Positions 32,250 through 41,959 of a stretch of DNA of 64,000 bases are shown piece after piece. Source of the DNA: Candidatus Latescibacterota bacterium. GTDB lineage: Bacteria > Latescibacterota > CBDEFO01. The stretch covers positions 1,920,001 to 1,984,000 of the forward strand of contig OZ252149.1 of assembly GCA_965248755.1 (NCBI GenBank), given 5' to 3'. The position numbers were made by a program, and so were the translations under genes. Position 1 is the first letter of the stretch. Each line of letters begins with the position of its first letter. The notes under the pieces are model-generated. The model was not told the origin of the DNA and ran no database searches. It saw only the letters and a list, made by a program, of their open reading frames with translations.

Positions 32250-33410
32250 TTGGATAGAAATGGAAAAGTTGAGCTGATGAACGGGGCTGAGGCGCTCGCC
32301 TGCGCTTATGAACTTGCTGGCGTGAGGGTAGCGTACACATTCCCGATTACGCCTCAGACCGAGGTGTTAGAATACCTGTCCAAAAGCCAGAAGGTCAGGT
32401 GCATACAGGCGGATTCTGAGTACAACGTGCTGGCTGGGGCTGAAGGAGTTCTGTGGGCGGGTGAGAGGTGCGCAGTTTCGACATCGTCTCAGGGTCTGGT
32501 GCTTATGAGTGAGTTGATGTGGGAGACAGCCGGAAACAGATTACCTTTAGTTATGGGCGTGTTCAACAGGGCACTGAAGTGGCCTGCCTGGAATCTTCAG
32601 GCCCAACAGAATGACTCTCTATTTATGAGGGATACGGGCTGGCTTCAGTTCTATTGCGAGTCGGCTCAGGAGATATTAGACTTCGTGCTGATAGCGTTCA
32701 GAGTTTCAGAGGAGGTCCTGCTCCCTTCTATGGTGGCGGGAGATGGGTTCTATGTATCGCATGAAAAGGAGGAGGTGCACGTTCCGAGTGAGGATGAAGT
32801 TAGAGAGTTTGTGGGAAAGCCGAATTTTGGCGACCTGCCGAGTTTTGAAAACCCGAGAATCTACGGTGGACTTCCGCCTTCTTCGACGTATTTCAGCCTG
32901 TGCCGGAAGATGCACAGAGAGATGGAATCGGCTGCGGAGGTGTTCAGAAGTGCCGCAGATGAATTTGCGATACGCTTCGGGAGGAGATACGAACCAATTG
33001 AGACTATAAAGATAGAGGTTGCCGAGACGGTGATGGTAACAGCAGGAGCCATAAGCGGGACTGCAAGACAGGTCGTGGAGGATAACGGAGAATACTTGGG
33101 GCTGCTGAAGATTCATAACTTCCGTCCCTTTCCCAAGGATGAGATCAGAAGGGCCTTAAATGGAGCTCGTAAGGTGGCTGTGTTCGACAGGAACATAGCT
33201 ATGGGAATAGGAGGGATCTTCTCCTGGGAACTGAAGGCGGCTCTTTTCGATGTGGAAAAAAGACCTGTGATATATAATTTTGTGACGGGATTGGGGGGCA
33301 CGGATGTGACACCTGAGATGGTAAATATGGCTCTGGACTATATGGAAAGCACAGACCAACCGGAGGATGAATGTCTCTTCTTGACAGAGGAAGGCGTAAA
33401 TTTACAATAG
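32250..33410 (+). CDS. 2-oxoacid:acceptor oxidoreductase alpha subunit
   Basis: FPITPQTE, ADSEY, TSSQGL, RDTGWLQ, FRPFP and GLGGTD. Confidence 0.9.
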   Translation: MDRNGKVELMNGAEALACAYELAGVRVAYTFPITPQTEVLEYLSKSQKVRCIQADSEYNVLAGAEGVLWAGERCAVSTSSQGLVLMSELMWETAGNRLPLVMGVFNRALKWPAWNLQAQQNDSLFMRDTGWLQFYCESAQEILDFVLIAFRVSEEVLLPSMVAGDGFYVSHEKEEVHVPSEDEVREFVGKPNFGDLPSFENPRIYGGLPPSSTYFSLCRKMHREMESAAEVFRSAADEFAIRFGRRYEPIETIKIEVAETVMVTAGAISGTARQVVEDNGEYLGLLKIHNFRPFPKDEIRRALNGARKVAVFDRNIAMGIGGIFSWELKAALFDVEKRPVIYNFVTGLGGTDVTPEMVNMALDYMESTDQPEDECLFLTEEGVNLQ

Positions 33411-33437
33411 ATAAACTATCCCGATCGAGGTTTTAAT

Positions 33438-34340
33438 ATGGACACAAATATAGATGAAAAGAGCAGTCTGCTCAATACACTGGGTATTCCCACGTTCGCC
33501 GAGGAGAGCCTATCTGCAGGGCACAACGCCTGTCCTGGGTGTGGTTCTACGATTGCCTTGAGAATGGTCTTAGATGCAATTGGGCCTAAAACTTACTATT
33601 TCGTTCCGGCGGGATGCGCCAGCCTATATTTTGGCCCTGCCGACACAATAGCTTCATCGACGCCGATGATCCATACAGCGTTTGCGGCCTCGTTCGCTCA
33701 GGCTGAGGGCATGGCTCACGCTCTGGAACTCCAGGGAAGAACGGATGAGCGCGTTGCGGTCTGGGCTGGCGATGGGGCTACGTACGACATCGGTATGGGC
33801 GGTCTTTCAGGCGTCGCTGCGAGGAACGGAAATGTGATCGTAATCTGTGACGACAACGAGGGGTATCAAAATACTGGCGGGCACAGCAGTACGGCTACTT
33901 CTACGGGGGCCTTAACTAGATCTACACAGCCGAACTTTTCCCTTTCTCCACTGAAGAAGGATATCATAGAGGTTCTGGCGGCTCACAGGGTGCCGTATCT
34001 GGCAACTATCTGTGCTGCATACCCAGAGGATCTTAAAAGGAAGATCGAAAAAGCAAAGAGCATTTACGGCTTCAAGTTTCTTCTGCTTTTAACGTCGTGT
34101 GTCGCCTGGGGACACGAAAGTCAGGTCGCAGTGAAGCTGGTCAGGATGTCTGTGGAGACAGGCTTTTTCCCTCTGTATGAGATCGAGAACGGCAACAAAT
34201 ATAATATAACGCATGAGCCTCAGTTCCTTCCTTTAGAAGACTTTACGAAACTTCAAAGGAGGTTCTACGGAATAGATCTGGACCCTCTGAAGGAACAGGT
34301 AAAGCAAAAGTGGGATTATCTGAAGGCCAGAGTGGCCTAA
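33438..34340 (+). CDS. 2-oxoacid:acceptor oxidoreductase beta (TPP-binding) subunit
   Basis: GHNACPGCG, GDGATYDIG, DNEGYQNTGG and ETGFFPLYE. Confidence 0.9.
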   Translation: MDTNIDEKSSLLNTLGIPTFAEESLSAGHNACPGCGSTIALRMVLDAIGPKTYYFVPAGCASLYFGPADTIASSTPMIHTAFAASFAQAEGMAHALELQGRTDERVAVWAGDGATYDIGMGGLSGVAARNGNVIVICDDNEGYQNTGGHSSTATSTGALTRSTQPNFSLSPLKKDIIEVLAAHRVPYLATICAAYPEDLKRKIEKAKSIYGFKFLLLLTSCVAWGHESQVAVKLVRMSVETGFFPLYEIENGNKYNITHEPQFLPLEDFTKLQRRFYGIDLDPLKEQVKQKWDYLKARVA

Positions 34341-34455
34341 AGTAGTGGTCGTAGTGGTTCTTAGGATTACTGCTTGGACGACGAAAGCAATTGGACTAAC
34401 TAATGTGCCCAAGGTACCCTTAGTCTTGTACTTCCCCTCTGAATAAGGAGCTAAA

Positions 34456-34608
34456 ATGGGCGACGATCTTGTTCATCTCTTTGCGGCTTACTCGGTAATA
34501 TGGGTAGCTCTTGCGTCTTATATATTTACTCTTTCGAGGCGACAGAAGAAGATATGGAGAGAGATTGAGACTCTCAAGGAGTCTCTCAATAGGAATAACT
34601 CGGAGTAG
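34456..34608 (+). CDS. ccmD: CcmD-family small membrane protein (not in ORF track)
   Basis: AAGGAG RBS then MGDDLVHLFAAYSVIWVALASYIFTLSRRQKKIWREIETLKESLNRNNSE: an AAY..W..Y TM helix and a charged coiled tail. Confidence 0.7.
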   Translation: MGDDLVHLFAAYSVIWVALASYIFTLSRRQKKIWREIETLKESLNRNNSE

Positions 34609-34614
34609 CCCACG

Positions 34615-35754
34615 TTGCAGAATGATGAGGAATTCGACGCTGTATTGATAATTGCTGACAGCGAGCGGGACTCTGATCTTTACTACGCTACGGGATTTCT
34701 GGCTCCCGATCCTTTCATATTTATTCAAAGGAAAGAGCAGAAAATCCTGATTATGAGCGATCTGGAGATAGATAGGGCAAAGTCCGAGTCCAGAGCTGAT
34801 CTGATATTGTCTTACTCCAAATATGAGAATATGCTTAAAAGGGCGGGCAAAGAGTCGCCCTTTTTTATTGATGTGCTGGATTCGGTTCTACAGGAGATGG
34901 AGGTAGAGTCGTTGCTCGTTCCAGGGAACTTCGGGATCGAATACGCAGATGGACTCAGAGAGATGGGCTATCAGATAGCTTTCCGGAAGCCTCCCTTCTT
35001 CTCTGAGAGGGAGGTAAAGTCGGAGGAAGAAATAGGGTACATAAAGGAGACGCTTAAGTCCGCCCAGAACGCTTTAGATGCAGCCATACGTACGATAGGG
35101 GATTCAAAGATCGGAGTTGACGATACTCTGTATCGTAATGGGGAGCCGCTGACTTCGGAAGCTGTAAGGAAGATAATCAACGTGAAATTGATGGAGGAGA
35201 ATTGCATAGCGTCGGGTACGATAGTGGCGTCCGAAGATCAGTGTTGCGATCCTCACAATCGGGGATCGGGATGCTTAAAGGCACATCAGACGATAATCAT
35301 GGATATCTTTCCCAAGTCCGTTCGTACGGGCTACTACGCGGATATCACAAGGACGGTTGTAAAAGGAGAAGCTTCTTCTGAGGTAAAGGGGATGTACGGC
35401 GCGGTGGCCAAGGCTCAGGAGATAGTGCTAAAGGAGACAAAGGAGGGAGCGGACGGTTCGAAGATACACTCTCTTGTGCTGAGATCCTTCGAGGAGGCAG
35501 GGTACAAGAGTGGCGAGATTGACGGCAGGATGCAGGGATTCTTTCACGGGACAGGGCACGGCGTGGGGTTGGACATCCATGAGCCGCCCAGGATGAGCAA
35601 GACAGGTCAAGTACTCAAATCGGGGCACGTTGTGACTAATGAGCCGGGGCTTTACTATATCGGGATCGGGGGCATAAGGATAGAGGATTTAATGGTGGTA
35701 AGGAAAGATGTGTGTGAGAATCTGACGAGCTATCCGAAGGAACTTGAGATCTAA
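34615..35754 (+). CDS. Xaa-Pro aminopeptidase (M24B)
   Basis: DPH, MDIFP, GYYADITRT, HGTGHGVGLDIHE, EPGLY and GIRIED. Confidence 0.93.
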   Translation: MQNDEEFDAVLIIADSERDSDLYYATGFLAPDPFIFIQRKEQKILIMSDLEIDRAKSESRADLILSYSKYENMLKRAGKESPFFIDVLDSVLQEMEVESLLVPGNFGIEYADGLREMGYQIAFRKPPFFSEREVKSEEEIGYIKETLKSAQNALDAAIRTIGDSKIGVDDTLYRNGEPLTSEAVRKIINVKLMEENCIASGTIVASEDQCCDPHNRGSGCLKAHQTIIMDIFPKSVRTGYYADITRTVVKGEASSEVKGMYGAVAKAQEIVLKETKEGADGSKIHSLVLRSFEEAGYKSGEIDGRMQGFFHGTGHGVGLDIHEPPRMSKTGQVLKSGHVVTNEPGLYYIGIGGIRIEDLMVVRKDVCENLTSYPKELEI

Positions 35755-35761
35755 TCTCTAT

Positions 35762-36511
35762 ATGAAGGCAATAATCATAGGAGCAGGAAGGGGCACAAGA
35801 CTTATGCCTCTTACCGAGGGACTCCCCAAATGTATGGCTTGTGTGGGGCATAAGCCTATACTCGATTGGGGGATCGAAGCTTTTCGGGCTTCGAAAGTAG
35901 AGGAGATTGTATTTATAGGAGGTTATCGGCTAGAAAAGATTCGAAAAGCTTATCCAGGGCTTAAATTTTATCATAACAGGGACTGGGAGAACAACAATAT
36001 TTTATCGTCTCTGTTCTGCGCTGAGCCGGAGATGGATAGTCCCTTTATCTGTGCCTATTCAGACATACTGTATCAAAAGTCCATAGTGAAAAAGCTTATG
36101 GAGAGCACAGCGGCCATCACGTTAGCTGTGGACGTGGATTGGCGCAAGCGGTACAAGAGACGCACAGAGCACCCTGAATCTGAGGCTGAGAAGGTCCTTG
36201 TAGAAGAGGACAGGGTAGTTGAGATAGGCAGGCACGTGGACTCGGATATGGCCTACGCGGAATATATCGGTGCAGCCAAGTTCAGCAATGATGGGGCTGA
36301 CATCCTAAGGAGACACTACAGGCGGGTTTTGAGGGAATATGATGGGAGACCGTTTCAGTTCGCGCCTTCGGTCCAAAAGGCATATTTGATAGATATGTTT
36401 CGGGAGTTGATCACCAACAATGTCCAGGTACATAAAATAGACACGGTGGGCGGATATATGGAGGTGGATACGACACAGGATTACAAGATAGCACTAAAGG
36501 AGTGGAGATAA
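35762..36511 (+). CDS. Phosphocholine-cytidylyltransferase-family NTP transferase
   Basis: KAIIIGAGRGTRL...PKC, NNILSSL, YSDILY, EAEKV and MEVDTTQD. Confidence 0.85.
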   Translation: MKAIIIGAGRGTRLMPLTEGLPKCMACVGHKPILDWGIEAFRASKVEEIVFIGGYRLEKIRKAYPGLKFYHNRDWENNNILSSLFCAEPEMDSPFICAYSDILYQKSIVKKLMESTAAITLAVDVDWRKRYKRRTEHPESEAEKVLVEEDRVVEIGRHVDSDMAYAEYIGAAKFSNDGADILRRHYRRVLREYDGRPFQFAPSVQKAYLIDMFRELITNNVQVHKIDTVGGYMEVDTTQDYKIALKEWR

Positions 36512-36538
36512 AAAGTAACTGGTGGACAAAGGCCGACT

Positions 36539-37603
36539 ATGAATGTTGATGATATTCTTTTCCCCACGACAGTCGTCGGAAGCATGCCGAGGTCTCAGTT
36601 CGTCAAAGACCTCCTCGATTCTGAGCAGAATAAGACTCCTTCGCAGGATGGGTTCAAAAGGCAGATGGACGCCTCGGTGGAGTATATAATCGCTATGCAG
36701 GAATCGGCGGGAATCGACATCATCTCTGACGGTGAGTGGAGGAGGACGTCTTACATTGGGATAATAGCTGAGGTTATGGACGGTTTTGAAAGGGAGATAA
36801 AAGACGGCGTTTACTGGCATACGGTCGTAGATAAGATGACTCCGAAGCGTCCGGGGGTGATCGCGGAGGAGGTCAGATTTCTAAGGGAGCATACCGACCG
36901 CGGGACCAAGGTGTGCCTGCCTTCACCCTATCTTTTAGGACAGAGGATGTGGGATCCCCAGAGATCGAGAGACGCTTACCCCAAAAGGGAGGATTTTACC
37001 GAGGCACTGATTCCTGTTTTGAGGAACGAGCTTATCGCCGTAAGGGACGCAGGAGCTACGGTGGCTCAGTTTGACGATCCTCATCTCTGTCTCTTTGTGG
37101 ATGAAGATGTACGAGAGAAATTTGACGATCCGAAAGGGGAGATGGCGTACTGCGTAGATATGTTGAACAGGATCGTGGACGGAGTCGAGGGGACAAAGAT
37201 TTCGGTTCACCTTTGCAGGAGAAACAAGGGACGCAGTGGCTGGGTTGGTGAGGGAGGATATGAGCCGATTCTGCCGTATTTGAAGAGGCTGAAAGTGGAT
37301 CAACTCCTTATGGAGTTCACAATCCCTGTGGCAGGCGATTTGAAGGTGCTTTCGGAATTGCCCGATGATGTGGAAGTAGGGCTCGGGTGTGTGGATTGTC
37401 GGGGAGAGCACATAGATACGCCTGAGGAAATAGTGAGCCGTGTGGAGAACGCTCTTGAGTATATAAAACCCGAGCGGATAACTTTAAATCCCGACTGCGG
37501 ATTTGCCCCCGGCAGTGCCGCTGATATCCCTATTGATGAGGCTTATCAGAAACTGAAGAATGAGGCTAAAGCCGCAGAGATTTTGAGGGGCAAATACGCC
37601 TAA
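36539..37603 (+). CDS. Cobalamin-independent methionine synthase II family protein (single domain)
   Basis: TTVVGSMPR, DIISDGEWRR, QFDDP, HLC, LMEF and NPDCGF zinc ligands. Confidence 0.88.
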   Translation: MNVDDILFPTTVVGSMPRSQFVKDLLDSEQNKTPSQDGFKRQMDASVEYIIAMQESAGIDIISDGEWRRTSYIGIIAEVMDGFEREIKDGVYWHTVVDKMTPKRPGVIAEEVRFLREHTDRGTKVCLPSPYLLGQRMWDPQRSRDAYPKREDFTEALIPVLRNELIAVRDAGATVAQFDDPHLCLFVDEDVREKFDDPKGEMAYCVDMLNRIVDGVEGTKISVHLCRRNKGRSGWVGEGGYEPILPYLKRLKVDQLLMEFTIPVAGDLKVLSELPDDVEVGLGCVDCRGEHIDTPEEIVSRVENALEYIKPERITLNPDCGFAPGSAADIPIDEAYQKLKNEAKAAEILRGKYA

Positions 37604-37677
37604 CACAGTTACTCTTCCCACCTGAACGAACCGTAGGAAATCCCAACATACCGATATCCGGCGGAAGATAGGATAAA

Positions 37678-39449
37678 ATGGAGAAAAGCTATTTCAAACT
37701 TTATATAAGGCTCGTAAAGGAATTTCTACTTCCATATTGGAAGGCTATAGTCACCGCGCTTGTGTGTATGATCTGTATATCGGGGCTGAACGTGATTCCG
37801 GCTCTATCGGTAAAGTTTCTGATCGACGATATTATTCCCGATAAGGATTTGACTTTGCTCGGTCTCCTTGCCGGGGGTCTTGTTGTAGCCTATACTTTGA
37901 GGGCCATCACCGAGTTCGGTCAGGATTATCTAGCTCACAGGGTCGCCGAACAGGTGATGTTCGATCTGAGGGTGCAGGTATACGGACACGTTCAAAAGCT
38001 TTCGTCCAATTTCTTCAGGAACAGGCGCACAGGTGAGATCATGTCGAGGATAATCAACGACATCGATTCTCTAAGGGATATGTTAGCTCACAGCGGTGAT
38101 GCCATTGTAACTCAGAGTTTGAATGTTTTAGTCGTGGCTGCGGTTCTTTCAAACTCCAATGGAAACTTGCGCTCTTTACGTTGATTCCAATTCCTCTCAC
38201 TATCATTTTGGTCCTCTACTTTAATAAGGCTGTGCGTCAGGTGTACCAAAATGTGCGGGAAAAACTTGCGGACGTAAACGCACGGCTTCTGGATAACTTA
38301 TCGGGGATAGAGGTTATAAAGTCGTTTGTAATGGAGAGGCGGGAATTGAACAGATTTGCAGCGGAGAGCAAAGACTATTTCAATGAAAATATGGTAGCTA
38401 TAAAGCTATGGGCATATATATTTCCGACTATGATATTTGTCGTGGGTATTGGATCAGTGATAGTGATTTGGTACGGCGGAGGTCAGGTTATAAGTGGGGA
38501 GCTTACTGTGGGTGGCCTTGTAGCGTTTTCCGCTTTGGCTTGGAGGCTGTACTGGCCCCTTATGGACCTAGGTAGAGAGAACGAGAAGATTCAAAAGGCG
38601 ATGGCGGCTGTGAAGAGGATATTTGAGCTTTTAGATACCGAGCCTGAGATAAAGGACTCGCCTTCAGCGGTGGAGCTTACCCACCCCCGATTGAATCTAT
38701 CGGGGGTTAAAGGGGAGATTGAGTTCCAGGGAGTCTCGTTTGCTTACGACAGGGATTACGTTCTCAAAAATATAGATCTGAAGATCGAGCCTGGGGAAAT
38801 CATCGCACTTGTGGGTCCAAGCGGTGTGGGCAAGACTACTCTGGCGGGATTGATCCCGAGGTTCTACGATCCCGATGAGGGCACGGTTTCGATATACGGT
38901 ATAGACATTAAAGGGATAAAGCTTGAGTCCTTGAGGAGCAATATCGGGATTGTGCATCAGGAGACGTTTCTTTTCAATGGGACGATAGCAGAAAACGTAG
39001 GCTACGGGAAGATAGGAGCTACATTAGACGAGGTAGTTGAGGCTGCAAAGGCGGCGAATATATACGATTTTATATCCGAACTCCCCGATGGGTTTGACAC
39101 TGTGGTGGGAGAAAGAGGAGTCAAACTTTCCGGGGGACAGAAGCAGAGGATAGCTATCGCAAGGGCTATTTTGAAGGATCCGCCCATACTGATTTTAGAT
39201 GAGGCGACTTCATCTGTGGATACGGAGTCGGAACAGCTTATACAGCAGAGCTTGTCTTTCCTTTTGAAGGACAGGATGACCCTCATAATCGCTCACAGGT
39301 TAGCCACGATCAAGTCAGCCCACAGGATAGTGGTCTTAAAGGATGGAGAGATAGAGGAGATAGGGTCTCACTTCGAACTGATAGATAATGGCGGCGCATA
39401 CAGCCGCCTCCACGATGCGCAGTTCGGCAGCCGAGAAGCGGTGGAGTAG
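37678..39449 (+). pseudogene. MsbA-like ABC exporter (TMD+NBD), frameshifted near 38148
   Basis: ORFs 37678-38184 and 38181-39449 join if one T is restored (AVLFKLQWKLALFTLIP); GPSGVGKT, LSGGQKQR and LILDEATS. Confidence 0.85.
38685..38705. repeat. 21-bp hairpin inserted in frame in the ABC gene
   Basis: ccccgattgaatctatcgggg encodes PRLNLSG within ELTH|VKGEIEF. Confidence 0.85.
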
Positions 39450-39498
39450 TGAATATGCATAGTGGCACTTGTCAGACATAGACGCTATCTAAAAAATT

Positions 39499-39530
39499 GG
39501 CCCCTCCGATGGTGGAAGGGGCCTTCTTCT
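39499..39530. terminator. Bidirectional terminator-like hairpin between convergent genes
   Basis: ggcccctcc-gatggt-ggaaggggcc with an A run on the left and a pyrimidine run on the right. Confidence 0.55.
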
Positions 39531-39589
39531 ATCTACTTCTTACTTGTCAGCTACGCTTCTGGTCTTCTATCTTCTCTGCTCTTCTTTTC

Positions 39590-39874
39590 TTAGACTGGCA
39601 CGTCTTCAATCTTATCCAGGAAGTATATGTCAGGCTGGTCAGCAACACCGGCCCTCTGCATCGCCTCCCGCAAATCCTCAGATTGGACAAACTGACGAGC
39701 CTTCTCCAGATCATCCCACTCAAAGAGGATAACGAGCTCATTGGGGTCATCGGCACTGCGGAAGAGATGCCCCCCTTTCGAACCGCCGGCCTTGCGTGTT
39801 GCCCCGTGCTCATCGAATATAGGCTTCCACTTGGCGTAATCTTCGACTTTATGGCGGACAAGTACGTACGGCAT
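39590..39874 (-). CDS. Small ferredoxin-fold (ABM/cyclase-like) protein
   Basis: VRHKVEDYAKWKPIFD...DDPNELVILFEW...LREAMQRAGV; GGAGGTG RBS. Confidence 0.8.
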   Translation of the reverse strand: MPYVLVRHKVEDYAKWKPIFDEHGATRKAGGSKGGHLFRSADDPNELVILFEWDDLEKARQFVQSEDLREAMQRAGVADQPDIYFLDKIEDVPV

Positions 39875-40035
39875 AATATATCACCTCCATTCTTGTAGGT
39901 ATTCTGATAACTACAGTAAAATTTCTTCAGGATATACGATATCTCAGCAATTGTCAAGGGAAAACTCACCCCGCTAGACAAAAAAAAGCTAAAACCGTGA
40001 CAGCTCCGTAACTTAGAATAAAACGGTCTTTCACG

Positions 40036-40725
40036 TCACAGATCAACCCTTCCTTTTACAGCTCTGAAGAGTCCTTGTCGCACCCATTTCGTGGTTTGCT
40101 GCCGACGCCCTGTCCACCCCACCCACGCTTGATCTTCTACGTTTATGCCCGCGCTTTGAAACTCACAGACTAAGTCATTAACTATGTAGCTGCGAAAGCC
40201 CGGAGATTCCAGAAATTCAAACGAAATAACACCCAGAGTTATCCATCTTTTGAGTCCTCCCTCAGGGATCCAGTAATCGCCTACGACCACTCTCTTTTTT
40301 GCTATGCGGGCCATCTCTTTCAGCACTGTCATCCTCTCATTATCCCACATCTCGTGCAGCGACATTGACATTACAACGTGATCGAAGCTCTTATCTCTAA
40401 ACCCTAACTCCCTTGCGTCCATCTGATAAAACTGAGGTATCTTTACGTTTGAATCTTGTATATGCGACGCCTTCGATCTTGCCACATTTAGCATAGCCTC
40501 GGACATATCGACTCCAACGACCTTGGCCCCTTCAAGTGCAGAAAGATATGCCACACCACCTGTCCCTGTACATACATCCAGAAGCTTATCCCCCGGCTCG
40601 ACTCCAGCCAATCGGACGATTTCCCTCCACAAGGGCTGTAAAACACGTCCTATCCTGTCATAGTGCTTTGCCACCCTGTTGAAGAGGCGATACGGCTCTG
40701 TGCGCTTATGTACAGTTGGATCCAT
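40036..40725 (-). CDS. Class I SAM-dependent methyltransferase (UbiE-like)
   Basis: LLDVCTGTG, GVDMSEAML, DARELGF and SLHEM. Confidence 0.85.
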   Translation of the reverse strand: MDPTVHKRTEPYRLFNRVAKHYDRIGRVLQPLWREIVRLAGVEPGDKLLDVCTGTGGVAYLSALEGAKVVGVDMSEAMLNVARSKASHIQDSNVKIPQFYQMDARELGFRDKSFDHVVMSMSLHEMWDNERMTVLKEMARIAKKRVVVGDYWIPEGGLKRWITLGVISFEFLESPGFRSYIVNDLVCEFQSAGINVEDQAWVGWTGRRQQTTKWVRQGLFRAVKGRVDL

Positions 40726-40735
40726 TTATTCTGAG

Positions 40736-41914
40736 CTATTGACTTTTTCCTTTCAATATCGAATCTGAGATCCTCTCTAACCCATCCAAGAGTATTTCTA
40801 TATCCTCATCAGAATGGGTAGCCATAAGGCTGAGCCTGAGACGGCTCGTCCCCTCTTTGACAGTTGGAGGACGTACCCCCCAAAGGAATATTCCCATTTC
40901 CAGGAGATTTAACCCCGCCTCCATAGCCCGCTCAGCGTCACCTACAAAGATGGGAATAATCTGAGACTCTGATCCCATAGTATCCAGACCCATCTCTTGC
41001 AGGTTTTGTTTGACTGTGCTTACGTTCTTCCACAACTTAGCTCTCAGGTGAGGCTCCCTTTCGACCAGATCAAGCGCAACTATCGTTGAGGCGCACATCT
41101 CAGGCGGCAGTGCTGTGGTATATATGTAGCTCTTGGATCTGTTCCGCAAAAAATCGACTAATTCCCCACTCCCTGCTATGAAGCCCCCAAACGTCCCTAA
41201 AGCCTTGCTTAAAGAACCCATATATACAGGGATTTTGTTTTCTACTTTCAGGCTCTCTGTAACTCCTTTTCCCTTTCCCCCAAAGACGCCCAAGCCGTGT
41301 GCTTCGTCCACCATAAGGGATGCTCCGTACCTTTCGCAAAGGTCGGCAATCTCTCTCAAAGGCGCAATGTCTCCGTCCATAGAAAAGACGCTGTCCGTTA
41401 CCACAAGCCGTCTTCTGAATTTCTGTGCTCTTGTCAGAATCTTCTCTAAACCACCTAGATCCTGATGCTTATACACTAACACTTTAGCTTTGGACGTCCA
41501 GCATGCCTCGATTATGCTGGCGTGGTTCTGCCTGTCTATAATAACAGCGTCGCCTTCTTGTACGAGCGATGTAATGGCACCTAAATTTGCTGTGTATCCC
41601 GATGGGAAGAGAATGGAATCCTCAAGTCCCAAGAACTCTGCTAATCTTTCTTCTAAATGGCGATGTATCTTCGTAGTTCCTGAAATGAGCCTCGACGACG
41701 CCGTGCTGCACCCGTATTCCTCCAGAGTCTCTATTGCAGCCTCCTTCAGCTCAGGACGGTCGGCAAGACCCAGATAGTTATTCGAGCAGAAGACTATTAC
41801 CTCTTTACCGTCTATTTCCACCCTATTTTTCTGTGGCCCCGAGATCACAAGTTCCCGCCGATATAGTCCCTTGTCCTTAATCTTTCTAAGTTCGTCCTTT
41901 AGAAAATCGAGCAT
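40736..41914 (-). CDS. bioF: 8-amino-7-oxononanoate synthase
   Basis: FCSNNYLGL, SRLISG, SGYTAN, NHASII, DSVFSMDGD, VDEAH, GSLSKALG and RPPTV. Confidence 0.85.
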   Translation of the reverse strand: MLDFLKDELRKIKDKGLYRRELVISGPQKNRVEIDGKEVIVFCSNNYLGLADRPELKEAAIETLEEYGCSTASSRLISGTTKIHRHLEERLAEFLGLEDSILFPSGYTANLGAITSLVQEGDAVIIDRQNHASIIEACWTSKAKVLVYKHQDLGGLEKILTRAQKFRRRLVVTDSVFSMDGDIAPLREIADLCERYGASLMVDEAHGLGVFGGKGKGVTESLKVENKIPVYMGSLSKALGTFGGFIAGSGELVDFLRNRSKSYIYTTALPPEMCASTIVALDLVEREPHLRAKLWKNVSTVKQNLQEMGLDTMGSESQIIPIFVGDAERAMEAGLNLLEMGIFLWGVRPPTVKEGTSRLRLSLMATHSDEDIEILLDGLERISDSILKGKSQ

Positions 41915-41959
41915 CCTCTGCTAATTCCTGTAAGTAGCAAAAAGAGATTGCTTCGCTGT

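Noticed and set aside
38140..38155. Programmed ribosomal frameshift in the ABC exporter
   Set aside because: No canonical slippery heptamer or stimulator; a single-base deletion is simpler.
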